A DNA stretch of 53,662 nt from an uncultured Candidatus Saccharibacteria bacterium. GTDB taxonomy: Bacteria > Patescibacteriota > Minisyncoccia > Minisyncoccales > GWA2-38-27. The stretch spans positions 1-53,662 of the forward strand of contig CAZBLV010000014.1 in NCBI GenBank assembly GCA_964493085.1. Direction: 5' to 3'. Position numbers and translations under genes: made by a program. The notes beneath the pieces are model-generated. The model searched no databases, had not been told where the DNA came from, and saw only the letters and a list, made by a program, of their open reading frames with translations. Below are positions 36,213 through 45,859 of this stretch, piece after piece (positions within the stretch are counted from its first letter, which is position 1; the number at the start of each line of letters is the position of its first letter).

Positions 36213-37408
36213 AAATAGCAGCCAAAAATCTAAGAACCAGGCCTCTAAGAAGCTGGCTGACCATAATAGGGGTAGTTATTGGAGTCTTTTTAGTGGTTTC
36301 TCTTCTTTCTCTTACAGAAGGGCTGAAGAACGCTATTTTAAAAGAGCTTCAAATGATAGGGAAAGACCTTGTAATTATTATGCCCGGAGAAATGACCAAT
36401 TTTGCCACTACTTTTGCCGGAGGCCTAGAGCTTTCGGACGAAGACTTGAGAGCTATCAGAGAGGCAGAGGGAGTGAAAAGCGTTCTGCCCTTAAATTACA
36501 AGGGAAAAGCAGTTAGATACGAAGGGGAGAAAAAAACGGTTTTTCTCAATGGAATCCCTCTTAACAAAGAAGGAATGGAGATTCTGGTTTCGGATATGGG
36601 CTGGACTCTTACGGGAGGGGAATGGCCCGAAGCAGGAAAAAGAGAGCTGGTTTTGGGGAATTTTGTTTCTCGCGACATTTTTCCGGGACTGGGCGTGGGA
36701 GACCATGTGACCATAGACGGAAAAGAGTTCGAGGTAAAAGGGATCCTCCGTTCTTTAGGAAACAAACAAGACGACACCTCTGTCACCGTAGACCTTTCTG
36801 TTTTTCAAGATATTACGGGAGAAAGAGAAGGATCCAAGCAGGCCTTAGCTAAAATTGAACCCGGCTATTCGACAGAGAAAGCAGTAGAGAATATAGAGAA
36901 CAGCTTGGAAGAAACCAGGAAAAGAAAAAGGGGAGAAGACCTTCCTTCTTTTACTGTTTTAACTTCAGAAAAAGTTATTGATATTGTCGGCAATGTTATA
37001 GGAATAATCCAGGCCGCAGTTTTCGGATTAGCTTCTATTGCTATCTTGGTTGGGGGCATAGGCATTATGAACACAATGTATACTTCTGTTCGTGAAAGAA
37101 TAAGAGAGATAGGAGTAATGAAGGCAGTGGGGGCCAAAAACAAGACCATCCGGCTCATCTTTCTTTTTGAGGCCGGAATAGTGGGGCTAATAGGCGGCGT
37201 AGGGGGCGTAATTCTGGGCATAGGTTTGGCTAAGGGAATAGAGCTTTATTTTATAATAAATCCCGTATTTTTACTTAAGGCCTCTGCCAGCCCCTGGCTT
37301 ATATTGTTTGGGCTTTTTTTCTCTTTTCTGATAGGATGCCTTTCCGGATACTTGCCCGCCAGATCAGCAGCTAAAATGAATCCGGTTGACGCTTTAAGGT
37401 ATGAATAA
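36188..37408 (+). CDS. ABC transporter permease (MacB/FtsX type)
   Basis: RSWLTIIG, GGIGIMNTM..V.ER.REIG, PV.ALRYE. Confidence 0.93.
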   Translation: MEKALQYLKIAAKNLRTRPLRSWLTIIGVVIGVFLVVSLLSLTEGLKNAILKELQMIGKDLVIIMPGEMTNFATTFAGGLELSDEDLRAIREAEGVKSVLPLNYKGKAVRYEGEKKTVFLNGIPLNKEGMEILVSDMGWTLTGGEWPEAGKRELVLGNFVSRDIFPGLGVGDHVTIDGKEFEVKGILRSLGNKQDDTSVTVDLSVFQDITGEREGSKQALAKIEPGYSTEKAVENIENSLEETRKRKRGEDLPSFTVLTSEKVIDIVGNVIGIIQAAVFGLASIAILVGGIGIMNTMYTSVRERIREIGVMKAVGAKNKTIRLIFLFEAGIVGLIGGVGGVILGIGLAKGIELYFIINPVFLLKASASPWLILFGLFFSFLIGCLSGYLPARSAAKMNPVDALRYE

Positions 37409-37426
37409 TTCTGTTATAATAAAAAA

Positions 37427-38338
37427 ATGAAGAATAAAGTTACTATTATCGGGGCTGGCATGGTAGGAAGCACGGCTGCTTACAGCCTCATTGCTTCCAA
37501 TATTACAGAAGAGATTGCTTTAATCGACATAAAAGAGGAATTGGTCAGGTCCCAGGTAATGGATTTGCAGCATTCAGTGCCTTTTTGGGGATACACAAGG
37601 GTGAAAGTAGGCAGCTATAAAGACATAAAAGACAGCAGGCTGGCAGTTGTTTGCTGCGGCGCTTCCCAGAAGCCCGGGGAAACCCGCCTGGATCTGGTTA
37701 AAAAGAACAGCGCCATTATTAAAGAGGTTGTCCCTAAAATATTTGAGCAGAATCCTGAAACGGTGATTTTGATGGTTGCTAATCCGGTGGACATTCTTAC
37801 CTGTCTGGCTGTGAAGATGTTCCCCCAGAAGAAAAAAAGCATTCTGGGAACAGGCACTATACTGGATTCGGCTCGTTTCAGACTGCTTTTGGGAGAGCAG
37901 CTGAAGGTCAATCCCCAGAGCATTCATGCCTATATAGTCGGGGAGCACGGAGACAGCGAATTGCCTCTTTGGAGTACAGCAACTATAGGGAACGCCCCTA
38001 TCAAGGGCCTGTCTGCCAAAGAAAAGAAGAGGATCTTTGAAAGCGCAAAAAACGCAGCCTATGCTATAATTGAAGGAAAGCAGGCCACTTATTACGCGAT
38101 TGCAGCAGGAATCAATCATATAGCAGAAAGCATTCTTTTTAACAAAAGAACCGTTCTTCCCCTTTCTCATTTTTTAGAAGGGGAATACGGGATAAGAAAC
38201 GTTGCCTTAAGTTTGCCTGTGATTGTCGGAAGGGAGGGAATAATTGATAAAATACAGCTGTCTGTCTCTCCGAAAGAAAAAGATTTGCTTAAAAAATCGG
38301 CTTCAAGGCTGAAGAAAGCAGGAAAATCCATTTGTTGA
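37427..38338 (+). CDS. ldh: L-lactate dehydrogenase
   Basis: GAGMVG, QKPGETRLDL, NPVD, GEHGDS. Confidence 0.92.
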   Translation: MKNKVTIIGAGMVGSTAAYSLIASNITEEIALIDIKEELVRSQVMDLQHSVPFWGYTRVKVGSYKDIKDSRLAVVCCGASQKPGETRLDLVKKNSAIIKEVVPKIFEQNPETVILMVANPVDILTCLAVKMFPQKKKSILGTGTILDSARFRLLLGEQLKVNPQSIHAYIVGEHGDSELPLWSTATIGNAPIKGLSAKEKKRIFESAKNAAYAIIEGKQATYYAIAAGINHIAESILFNKRTVLPLSHFLEGEYGIRNVALSLPVIVGREGIIDKIQLSVSPKEKDLLKKSASRLKKAGKSIC

Positions 38339-38386
38339 TAATAAGGAAAAGCCGACAATAAAAAATTAATTAACGCAAATCTTTTT

Positions 38387-38755
38387 ATGGAAGAAGAAAA
38401 AAGAGAAAAACCTTCAAAATCCGCCTCTTCTGAAAGAGAAAACGAAAATATGATGGCGATTTTGAGCTATCTCGGCATTCTCTGTCTGATCCCCTTTCTT
38501 GTTTTTAAGGACAATGATTTTGTCCAGTACCACGCCAAGCAGGGACTCACTCTTTTTATAGCAGAGATCGCCACTATGCTTGTAGGATAGATTCCTATTA
38601 TTGGATGGTTTTTTGGATTTTTGGCCTGGTTATTGTGGGTCACTCTTTCCATTATAGGGATAGTGAACGTGGTTAATAAAAAGAAGAGACCACTCCCTAT
38701 TATCGGCGTTTTCGCCCAGAAGATTTTTGACAACAAGAAGGCCGTAGAAAAATAA
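38387..38755 (+). pseudogene. DUF4870-like membrane protein with internal TAG (38588-38590)
   Basis: ILSYLG..YHAKQG; frame continues *IPIIGW...PLPIIG to TAA 38753. Confidence 0.75.
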
Positions 38756-38767
38756 CCTCTGTTATTT

Positions 38768-39853
38768 ATGAAAAGTTCTTACATAAAAACCACAGGCTTA
38801 TTTCTGTTTGGCTTCTTGCTTTTATCCGGCGGCTCTATCAATGCGGCTGCAATTCCGGAAGCAGGAAGCAGCTACGAAGAAGCTGTTCTTATCGAGCCCG
38901 GAGAGTACGGCGACTTTACTATAGAAGGACAAGAAAGCCTTTATTACAAAATAGACCTAAGAGCAGGCCAGGAATTGCGAGCCGGGTTCCAGTACAAATG
39001 CCACCCCGATGCTTCTCAATACCATTATTACGATGTAATATGGGGCCTGTATGACTCAAATAGGACTGCTGCAGTAAGCGACAGTTTCTTTGTAGACTGC
39101 AACATCGAATACCTTGGCTCTTCTGAAGTATCTTGGCTTGCCGGATCCGGAGAAGAAGATTACAATTATTATCTTAAAATTGAATGCGAAAAGCCGGGAG
39201 TAGGATTGAACATAAAAGGATTAAACGTTTCCGTTGCTGATTATTACGACGCCCAGTCTCAAACTGATGCCGGAGATTCAGTTGAAAGCGCTATGGAAAT
39301 TGCTGCCGGCGAATATAACGGATTTCTTTCCGGAGAAAAGGGTTCAGACAAAAAGGATGTTTACAAGATTTCAATTGAAGGAGGCAAGACCCTTTCCGCA
39401 AGAGTTACTCCTCCGACCGATGAGGTCCTGCAAGTAACTGTTTTAAACGGCGACAGAGAGGAAATTAGAAAAGAGAAGTCTGGCAACAAAGGAGCCATCG
39501 TTGAAAATGACGTCCCTGTTTATGGGGGAGGAAACTACTATATTGCTGTTTCTTGCAGTGATTATCCGGAGTGCGGCGGAATAGCAGAGTATGCTTTGAG
39601 CGTTTCAGAGAAAGAGGGAATTTCAGAAGAGCTTAAGAAAACAGTGCCTCCTGCTGAAGAGGTTGCCGAGCAAATAGAAAAAAACGGAGAAGAGGCCGGC
39701 AACTTCTTAAAAGAAGGAATTAAGGGGCTGATCTATTATATCGTCCTGCCGATTGCGGGGGGTATAATTTTCTTGATTGTCATAATCATAGTAGTGGTAG
39801 TTGTTCTGAAAAAGAATAAAGAAAAGGAAAAAGACGAAAACGGAGAAGAGTAA
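38768..39853 (+). CDS. Secreted two-domain PPC-like beta protein with C-terminal TM anchor
   Basis: Signal peptide; AGSS.E.A / AGDS.ESA repeats; TM plus basic tail. Confidence 0.65.
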   Translation: MKSSYIKTTGLFLFGFLLLSGGSINAAAIPEAGSSYEEAVLIEPGEYGDFTIEGQESLYYKIDLRAGQELRAGFQYKCHPDASQYHYYDVIWGLYDSNRTAAVSDSFFVDCNIEYLGSSEVSWLAGSGEEDYNYYLKIECEKPGVGLNIKGLNVSVADYYDAQSQTDAGDSVESAMEIAAGEYNGFLSGEKGSDKKDVYKISIEGGKTLSARVTPPTDEVLQVTVLNGDREEIRKEKSGNKGAIVENDVPVYGGGNYYIAVSCSDYPECGGIAEYALSVSEKEGISEELKKTVPPAEEVAEQIEKNGEEAGNFLKEGIKGLIYYIVLPIAGGIIFLIVIIIVVVVVLKKNKEKEKDENGEE

Positions 39854-39999
39854 GCTTGGCAGAGAAGGCCATTAAAGGGCCTGGTCTTCAGCCGGGCTCC
39901 TTTCTTGACGCTATTTATTTCTGCCTGCTATAATAAAAAAGGTTAATGCAGTTGATCCCGCGGGGAAAAGCGATAATTATTTTTTAGCATTCATAAAAT

Positions 40000-40257
40000 A
40001 TGAAAAACAATGAATTGCCGCCAAGTGTTTCAGAGGCTTTAGAAGTTCTTAAAAACTTTAAAGACAATGACCCAAGAACGCTTGAAAAAGCGATAAATAT
40101 TATTGATGCCTATGAAAAACCGATAATCAAAGAAATCCATAGAGACGGAAGGCCTCCTCAAGGAGTAGGCATTCAGCGCACCCGCATATACAACAAGCTA
40201 AAACTAACCATTCTTGACTTTAATTCTAAGATAATTAATGTTGTTGAATTTCAGTAA
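40000..40257 (+). CDS. Hypothetical protein
   Basis: 85-aa ORF after TTGACG..TATAAT promoter. Confidence 0.55.
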   Translation: MKNNELPPSVSEALEVLKNFKDNDPRTLEKAINIIDAYEKPIIKEIHRDGRPPQGVGIQRTRIYNKLKLTILDFNSKIINVVEFQ

Positions 40258-40319
40258 ATAAGATCTCCGCAAAGAATTAAAGGCCTTCTTGACATAGATT
40301 CTTCTTGTTTGCTACAATA

Positions 40320-40342
40320 AAACCGACGATATTAGTCGGCTT
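40320..40342 (+). promoter_or_regulatory. Rrf2/IscR-type operator palindrome
   Basis: CCGAC(40323)-N7-GTCGG(40335) just downstream of TTGACA..TACAAT promoter. Confidence 0.65.
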
Positions 40343-40366
40343 TATTTTAATCATAACAATAAAAAT

Positions 40367-40759
40367 ATGAAAGTTTCAAAGAAAACGCAATACGGAACAA
40401 GGGCGATGGTCTATCTTGCTAAAAACTCTTCTCGAGAAAAGGTGGTTTCCCTTAGAGAAATCTCGGAAGACCAAAATATTTCTTTTGATTTTTTAGAGAA
40501 GATACTTTCTGAATTGGAAAAAGCGGGTCTGGTTAAGGCAAAAAAGGGCTCTCAAGGAGGCTATTTTCTAGCAAAAAAACCAGAAAGCATTAAATCTCTG
40601 GAAATAATAGAAGCCCTTGAAGGGGAGGTTAATCCTGTCGACTGCGGAGGATGTCCCTATTCAAGAGATTGCTCTTCCAGGAGCCTTTGGGAGGAGATGG
40701 GAACCTCTTTGGAATCTAAATTAAAAAATGTTACTCTTTCAGATTTAATTAAGAAATAA
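40367..40759 (+). CDS. Rrf2 family regulator (IscR-like)
   Basis: YG.RAM, G..GGY.LA, CGGC....C. Confidence 0.9.
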   Translation: MKVSKKTQYGTRAMVYLAKNSSREKVVSLREISEDQNISFDFLEKILSELEKAGLVKAKKGSQGGYFLAKKPESIKSLEIIEALEGEVNPVDCGGCPYSRDCSSRSLWEEMGTSLESKLKNVTLSDLIKK

Positions 40760-40761
40760 TT

Positions 40762-41910
40762 ATGACTAAGATATATTTTGACTATGCAGCTGCTTCTCCT
40801 GTTGACCCCCGGGTTTTAAGGGAAATGAATTCTGCTCTTGAAAAGAAATTTGCCAATACCATGTCTCTTCACGCTTTTGGCCAAGAAGCTAAAGTTTCTC
40901 TTGCAGAAAGCAGAGAGAAAGTTGCCCGGCTAATGTCAGCTGATCCGCAAGAAGTTTTTTTTACGAGTTCTGCCACAGAAAGCAATAATCTGGTTTTGAA
41001 AGGAACAGCTTTTAAAAAGAAAAAGGGGCATATTGTTATTTCTTCCATTGAACATCCCTGCATTGCAGAAAGCGCTAAGTGGCTTCAGGCTAGAGGGTAT
41101 AAAATAACAGAGATTCCAGTGGGAAAAGACGGGATAGTCAACCCCGAAGATGTTTCAAAGAGCATAAAAGACGGAACAATCCTGGTCTCGATTATCCATG
41201 CTTCAAACGAAATAGGATCGATGCAGCCGATCGAGAAGATAGGCAAAATTTGCAAAAAAAAGAAAGTTCTTTTTCATACAGATGCTGCCCAGACTTTCGG
41301 CAAGATTCCGCTTAACGTAAAAAAAATGAATGTTGATTTTTTGACAGCAAGCTCTCATAAGATGTACGGGCCAAAGGGGGCTGCCTGCTTGTATATCAGA
41401 AAAGGTGTTGACATAGAGCCCTTGCTTCACGGAGGAGGGCAAGAAAGGGGCATAAGGTCTTCAACCGTGAACGTTCCGGCTATTGCCGGATTCGCCGAAG
41501 CCTGCGAATTAAGCGGAAAAAGCATGGAAGAAGAAAGAAAAAAGAACAAAAAACTGAAAGAAAAGCTTGTAAAAGGAGTTCTTAAGACAGAAAGGGCTTA
41601 CTTAAACGGCTCTTTTGAGAAAAGCCTTCCCAATATTGCGAACTTTAGATTCGACTTTATAGAAGGAGAATCTTTGGCAATTAATCTTGACTTGCAGGGG
41701 ATCGCCGTTTCAACAGGATCTGCCTGCTCTTCGGAAAAGCTTGAGCCGAGCTATGTCCTTCTTGCCCTAGGCCTCCGGCCAGAGCAAGCTCACGGATCTC
41801 TGAGAATTTCTTTCGGCAGGTGGACAACAGAAAAAGAAGTTGATTATTTTCTAAAGGTCTTGCCTGAGGTTATTAAGAAATTAAGAAAAATTTCACCTTT
41901 TCATGGATAA
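40762..41910 (+). CDS. iscS: Cysteine desulfurase
   Basis: YFDYAA, SSHKMYGPKG, STGSACSS. Confidence 0.93.
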   Translation: MTKIYFDYAAASPVDPRVLREMNSALEKKFANTMSLHAFGQEAKVSLAESREKVARLMSADPQEVFFTSSATESNNLVLKGTAFKKKKGHIVISSIEHPCIAESAKWLQARGYKITEIPVGKDGIVNPEDVSKSIKDGTILVSIIHASNEIGSMQPIEKIGKICKKKKVLFHTDAAQTFGKIPLNVKKMNVDFLTASSHKMYGPKGAACLYIRKGVDIEPLLHGGGQERGIRSSTVNVPAIAGFAEACELSGKSMEEERKKNKKLKEKLVKGVLKTERAYLNGSFEKSLPNIANFRFDFIEGESLAINLDLQGIAVSTGSACSSEKLEPSYVLLALGLRPEQAHGSLRISFGRWTTEKEVDYFLKVLPEVIKKLRKISPFHG

Positions 41911-42391
41911 ATACGGACCATATTCTGAAAAAGTAATAGAGCATTTTCTAAACCCCCACAATTACGGGAAAATAGAAAAAGCTGACGGAGTTGGCAAAGT
42001 GGGGAATTTGGCCTGCGGAGACGTAATGTATCTCTATATCTCCGTTGGCAAAAACGAAGAAAAAGAAGATGTGATTGACGATGCAAAGTTCGAAACTTTT
42101 GGATGCGCTGCCGCCATAGCCACCAGCAGCGTTATTACTGATCTAGCCGAAGGAAAGACAGTCAAAAAAGCTCTTCAGATAGGCAACAAAGAAGTCATTG
42201 AAAAACTGGGAGGCCTTCCTCCTATAAAAGTTCATTGCTCTCTTTTGGCAATAGACGCCTTAAGAGAGGCCATTTACAATTATTTTTCCAGGAACAATAA
42301 AGAAATTCCCGAAGCTTTGGCAAAAGAGCACCAGAGGATAGAAAAAACCAAAAAAGAGGTAGAAAAAAAGCATAAAGAATGGTCAAAATGA
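41903..42391 (+). CDS. iscU: Fe-S scaffold IscU/NifU
   Basis: HFLNPHN, ACGD, FGCAAA, KVHCS. Confidence 0.92.
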   Translation: MDKYGPYSEKVIEHFLNPHNYGKIEKADGVGKVGNLACGDVMYLYISVGKNEEKEDVIDDAKFETFGCAAAIATSSVITDLAEGKTVKKALQIGNKEVIEKLGGLPPIKVHCSLLAIDALREAIYNYFSRNNKEIPEALAKEHQRIEKTKKEVEKKHKEWSK

Positions 42392-42945
42392 AAGAAAGAC
42401 TGTCCCGCAGTTTTTATTCCCAGCCTGCTTCGGAGTTGGCAAAAAGCCTTCTAGGAAAGCGTGTTATCAGAAAACACAAAGGCAAAAAAATAAAGGGGGA
42501 AATTATAGAAACAGAGGCTTATCTCGGAGTTTCTGACAGAGCTTCTCATGCCCATAAAGGCAAGATGACAGAAAGAAACAAGGCAGCCTATATGAGAGGC
42601 GGTCATGTCTATATCTATCTGGTCTATGGGATGTACTGGCAGTTTAACATCTCGGCTTTTAAGGATGGCATTCCGGAATGCGTCTTAATCAGGGCTCTTT
42701 TTCCTTTTGGCGGGGACATTAAGCAAACCAACGGCCCGGGCAAACTTTGCCGCTATCTCTTTTTGGACAAATCTTTTTACGGGGAAGACCTTGTAACAAG
42801 CAAAAAGATTTGGCTGGAAAAAGGAGAAAGGCCCTCTAAAATACTATCTGCTCCCCGGGTGGGCATAGATTATGCAGGCCCCTACTGGGCTAAAAGGAAA
42901 TTAAGGTTCTTAGTTAAAGATTATCAGAAACACTTAGCTAAATAA
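42388..42945 (+). CDS. DNA-3-methyladenine glycosylase (MPG/AAG)
   Basis: ETEAYLG, YGMY, NGPGKLC, PRVGI. Confidence 0.92.
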   Translation: MKERLSRSFYSQPASELAKSLLGKRVIRKHKGKKIKGEIIETEAYLGVSDRASHAHKGKMTERNKAAYMRGGHVYIYLVYGMYWQFNISAFKDGIPECVLIRALFPFGGDIKQTNGPGKLCRYLFLDKSFYGEDLVTSKKIWLEKGERPSKILSAPRVGIDYAGPYWAKRKLRFLVKDYQKHLAK

Positions 42946-43988
42946 TGAAAAAAAAGGTTATAACGGCAATATCGGGAGGAGTGGACAGCGCAGTGGCCCT
43001 GTCTCTCTTGAAAGAAGAAGGGCTTGAGGCAGAGGCTGTTTATTTTAGATTATGGCAGGAAAAAAGAGAGTGTTTTTCTTGCCTCGAAGGAGGAGGATGT
43101 TTGTCTTTGCCGGAAAACAGAGCAAGGCTTGTGGCAGAAACCCTTGGCGTGCCTTTTTCTGTTATAGATCTGGAAAAAGAATTCAAAGAAGAAATAGTCG
43201 ATTATTTCTTAAAAGAGCACAAGCAGGGCAGGACGCCGAATCCCTGCGTTGCCTGCAATAAAGAGATAAAGTTTAAAGTCTTGTTTCAGGAGCTAAAAAA
43301 GAAGAAAGCAGACTATATCGCTACCGGCCACTATGCCATTAAAAAGGAGAACAAGCTTTTTAAGGCCAAAGACAAGAAAAAGGACCAGTCCTATTTTCTC
43401 TGGCAGCTTGACCAGAAGATATTAGAGAAGGCTCTTTTCCCTAACGGAAGCTATGCCAAAAAAGAAATAAGGAGGCTGGCCAAAGGGCTGCCTGTGGCCG
43501 AAACCCCTGAATCCCAGGAAATATGCTTTATTGACAGTACTTTAGAGGATTTTCTAAGAAGAAATTTTAAAGAAGAACAAGGAGAGATAATAGATTCTAA
43601 AGGAAATGTTTTAGGAAAACATTCCGGCCTCTGGCTTTATACCATAGGGCAGAGGAAGAGAATAAAGCTCTCCGGAGGGCCATATTATGTTTTGAGAAAA
43701 GATTTAGAGAAAAACCAGCTGGTTGTCACCAGAAACGAAAAAGATTTGTTGGGAAAGGAAGTCAGCGCCCAAGATATTAACTGGGTTTCAGGAAAATCCC
43801 CTGATTTTCCTTTTCAGGCAACAGCGAAGATAAGGTATAACCATGAAGGCGCTAAGGCTAAGATTTTCAGAGAAGACAAAGGAATAAGGGCTGAATTTTC
43901 AAAATCCCAAAGAGCAATAACCCCTGGCCAGTCAATTGTTTTGTACTGCAAAGAAGAACTCTTGGGCGGAGGCGTAATCAGGCCCTGA
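42945..43988 (+). CDS. mnmA: tRNA 2-thiouridine(34) synthase
   Basis: SGGVDS, TPNPCVACN, ATGHYA, KDQSYFL, ESQEICF, TPGQ. Confidence 0.95.
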   Translation: MKKKVITAISGGVDSAVALSLLKEEGLEAEAVYFRLWQEKRECFSCLEGGGCLSLPENRARLVAETLGVPFSVIDLEKEFKEEIVDYFLKEHKQGRTPNPCVACNKEIKFKVLFQELKKKKADYIATGHYAIKKENKLFKAKDKKKDQSYFLWQLDQKILEKALFPNGSYAKKEIRRLAKGLPVAETPESQEICFIDSTLEDFLRRNFKEEQGEIIDSKGNVLGKHSGLWLYTIGQRKRIKLSGGPYYVLRKDLEKNQLVVTRNEKDLLGKEVSAQDINWVSGKSPDFPFQATAKIRYNHEGAKAKIFREDKGIRAEFSKSQRAITPGQSIVLYCKEELLGGGVIRP

Positions 43989-44091
43989 CTTATTCTGCCT
44001 AATTTGATATAATCAAAAGATATTAACCATAGTGCTTAATCTTTGGTTGCGAGGAGATCGCAATAATCACTTTTCAAAAAGGAGAACAGCC

Positions 44092-44360
44092 ATGTTAGGA
44101 AAAACGGTCGTCGGGCAGACGTCTCGGGTGTCGGGCTGCCGGGACTATCACACGCGGCACTCCTGGACTTTTGTCTCCAGCGTCCCGGATATCGACTGGG
44201 CCAAGCGCTTGGTATGAGCAAAGAATGCGCCGAGTTCGAAGAGAGCTGCGAGGCAGAGGAAGACCGTAAGGGCGCAACCGGCAACAAGGTTGCCGCAGCT
44301 CTAAAGCATTGCAATTCTTACAAACTAAGAAGAAGATATAATCTTGTTATCAGAAGATGA
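44092..44360 (+). pseudogene. GC-rich small ORF(s), possibly one frameshifted gene
   Basis: Promoter, SD AAGGAG, ORF 44092-44217 overlapping ATG 44214 of a second short frame. Confidence 0.3.
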
Positions 44361-45517
44361 AAAACCAGCATAAAACAGGAATATTGATGGCGCCCGGGGA
44401 GCTGTTTTTGAAGTCAGAAGGAGTGAAAAGGATTTTTAAAAGAAAGCTAGTTTCCAATCTTTCCTCTTTTCTTAAAAAAGAGAGAGCAAATTTCAGCATA
44501 AATTCTTTTAGAGGAAGGGTCTTTGTCAGAACAGAAGACATTAACAAGGCCCAGAAAGCAGTAAGAAACTGTTTCGGCGTAGCCTGGTTTGCCCCTTCCT
44601 GGCTTTTTTGGGAAGAAGATTTGTCAGAATTCTCAAAATTTGTCCAAGAAAAAGCCAAAGAAGAGATAAAGAGGGGAGAAAGCTTTGCTATTAGAATAAA
44701 GATAGAGAAAGGAGCAATTAAAGAGGAAAAAGAAAAGGTAATAGAGAAGATAGCAGAGAAAATTAACAGAAAAGTTGACCTAGGCAATCCCGACAAGAAG
44801 GTTTTTATTGAAATCAGGAAAAACGGCTGGTTTTTGTTCTTTAAGAAGAAAAAGGGCCTTGGCGGCCTTCCTGTGGGCTCTTCTGGAAAGGGAATGGCTT
44901 TAATGTCCGGAGGCATAGACTCTCCTGTGGCCGCCTTTCTGGCTGCCAAAAGAGGATTAGAGAACGTCTGGATCCATTTTCACAGCTTTCCTCTGGTTTC
45001 TGAAAAGAGCATAGAAAAAGTGAAAGAGATTGCTGAAGTTTTCTTAAAATACCAAGCTTCTTTGAAGGTTTATTCTGTCCCTTTTCAAAAAATCCAGATT
45101 AAAATTAAAACCAGCTCCCCCCCAAAGTACAGAGTGCTTCTTTACAGAAGGTTTATGCTTAAAATAGCCCAGAAGATTGCCCGGAAAGAGAATTGCCAAG
45201 CCTTAATAACCGGGGAAAGCTTAGGGCAGGTGAGCTCTCAAACACTGAATAATATGGCTATTGCCCAAGAGGCAGCAAAAACCCTGATCTTAAGGCCCTT
45301 GGTGGGAATGAACAAAGAGGAGATAATATCTTTGGCCAAAAAAATTAAAATTTTTGATATATCCATAAAGCCCCAGGAGGACTGCTGCACCCTTTTTGTT
45401 CCCAAGGGCCAGACAGCAAAAGGGAGCTTTGAAAAAGTTAAAGAAATCGAGAAAAGCATGGACTGCAAAGAAATGATAAAGGAAGCAATAAAAGGAATTG
45501 AAGCGAAAAATTACTGA
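44357..45517 (+). CDS. thiI: tRNA 4-thiouridine(8) synthase
   Basis: THUMP domain, GGLPVG, SGGIDSPVA, GESLGQVSSQT, EDCC. Confidence 0.94.
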   Translation: MKNQHKTGILMAPGELFLKSEGVKRIFKRKLVSNLSSFLKKERANFSINSFRGRVFVRTEDINKAQKAVRNCFGVAWFAPSWLFWEEDLSEFSKFVQEKAKEEIKRGESFAIRIKIEKGAIKEEKEKVIEKIAEKINRKVDLGNPDKKVFIEIRKNGWFLFFKKKKGLGGLPVGSSGKGMALMSGGIDSPVAAFLAAKRGLENVWIHFHSFPLVSEKSIEKVKEIAEVFLKYQASLKVYSVPFQKIQIKIKTSSPPKYRVLLYRRFMLKIAQKIARKENCQALITGESLGQVSSQTLNNMAIAQEAAKTLILRPLVGMNKEEIISLAKKIKIFDISIKPQEDCCTLFVPKGQTAKGSFEKVKEIEKSMDCKEMIKEAIKGIEAKNY

Positions 45518-45632
45518 AATCTATTTGACTATTACTTTTAGTTAACCTAAGGTATAATAAGGGTGTGGAAAACTATTTTCCTAATATCGAGAAAAGGTCG
45601 TCCCTAAAAATTTATATAAAAGTCAATAAACT

Positions 45633-45803
45633 ATGGCAGAGGAGAAATATACAGGATACTGTGTTAAGTGTAAAGCCAAGAAAGAAATACAAAATCCCAA
45701 AGAAATAGAAATGAAAGGAAAGGGGGGAGTAAAAAGGAGAGCTGTAACCGGCACTTGCCCCGACTGCGGGACAAAGATGTTCAGGATTCTCGGAAAAGCA
45801 TAA
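45633..45803 (+). CDS. DUF5679 zinc-ribbon protein (56 aa, not in ORF track)
   Basis: GYCVKCK...GTCPDCGTKMFRILG. Confidence 0.88.
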   Translation: MAEEKYTGYCVKCKAKKEIQNPKEIEMKGKGGVKRRAVTGTCPDCGTKMFRILGKA

Positions 45804-45859
45804 CTTTCCACTATAAATAAATAACCCAGGTTCACCGCTTGGGTTATTTATTTTATCTA

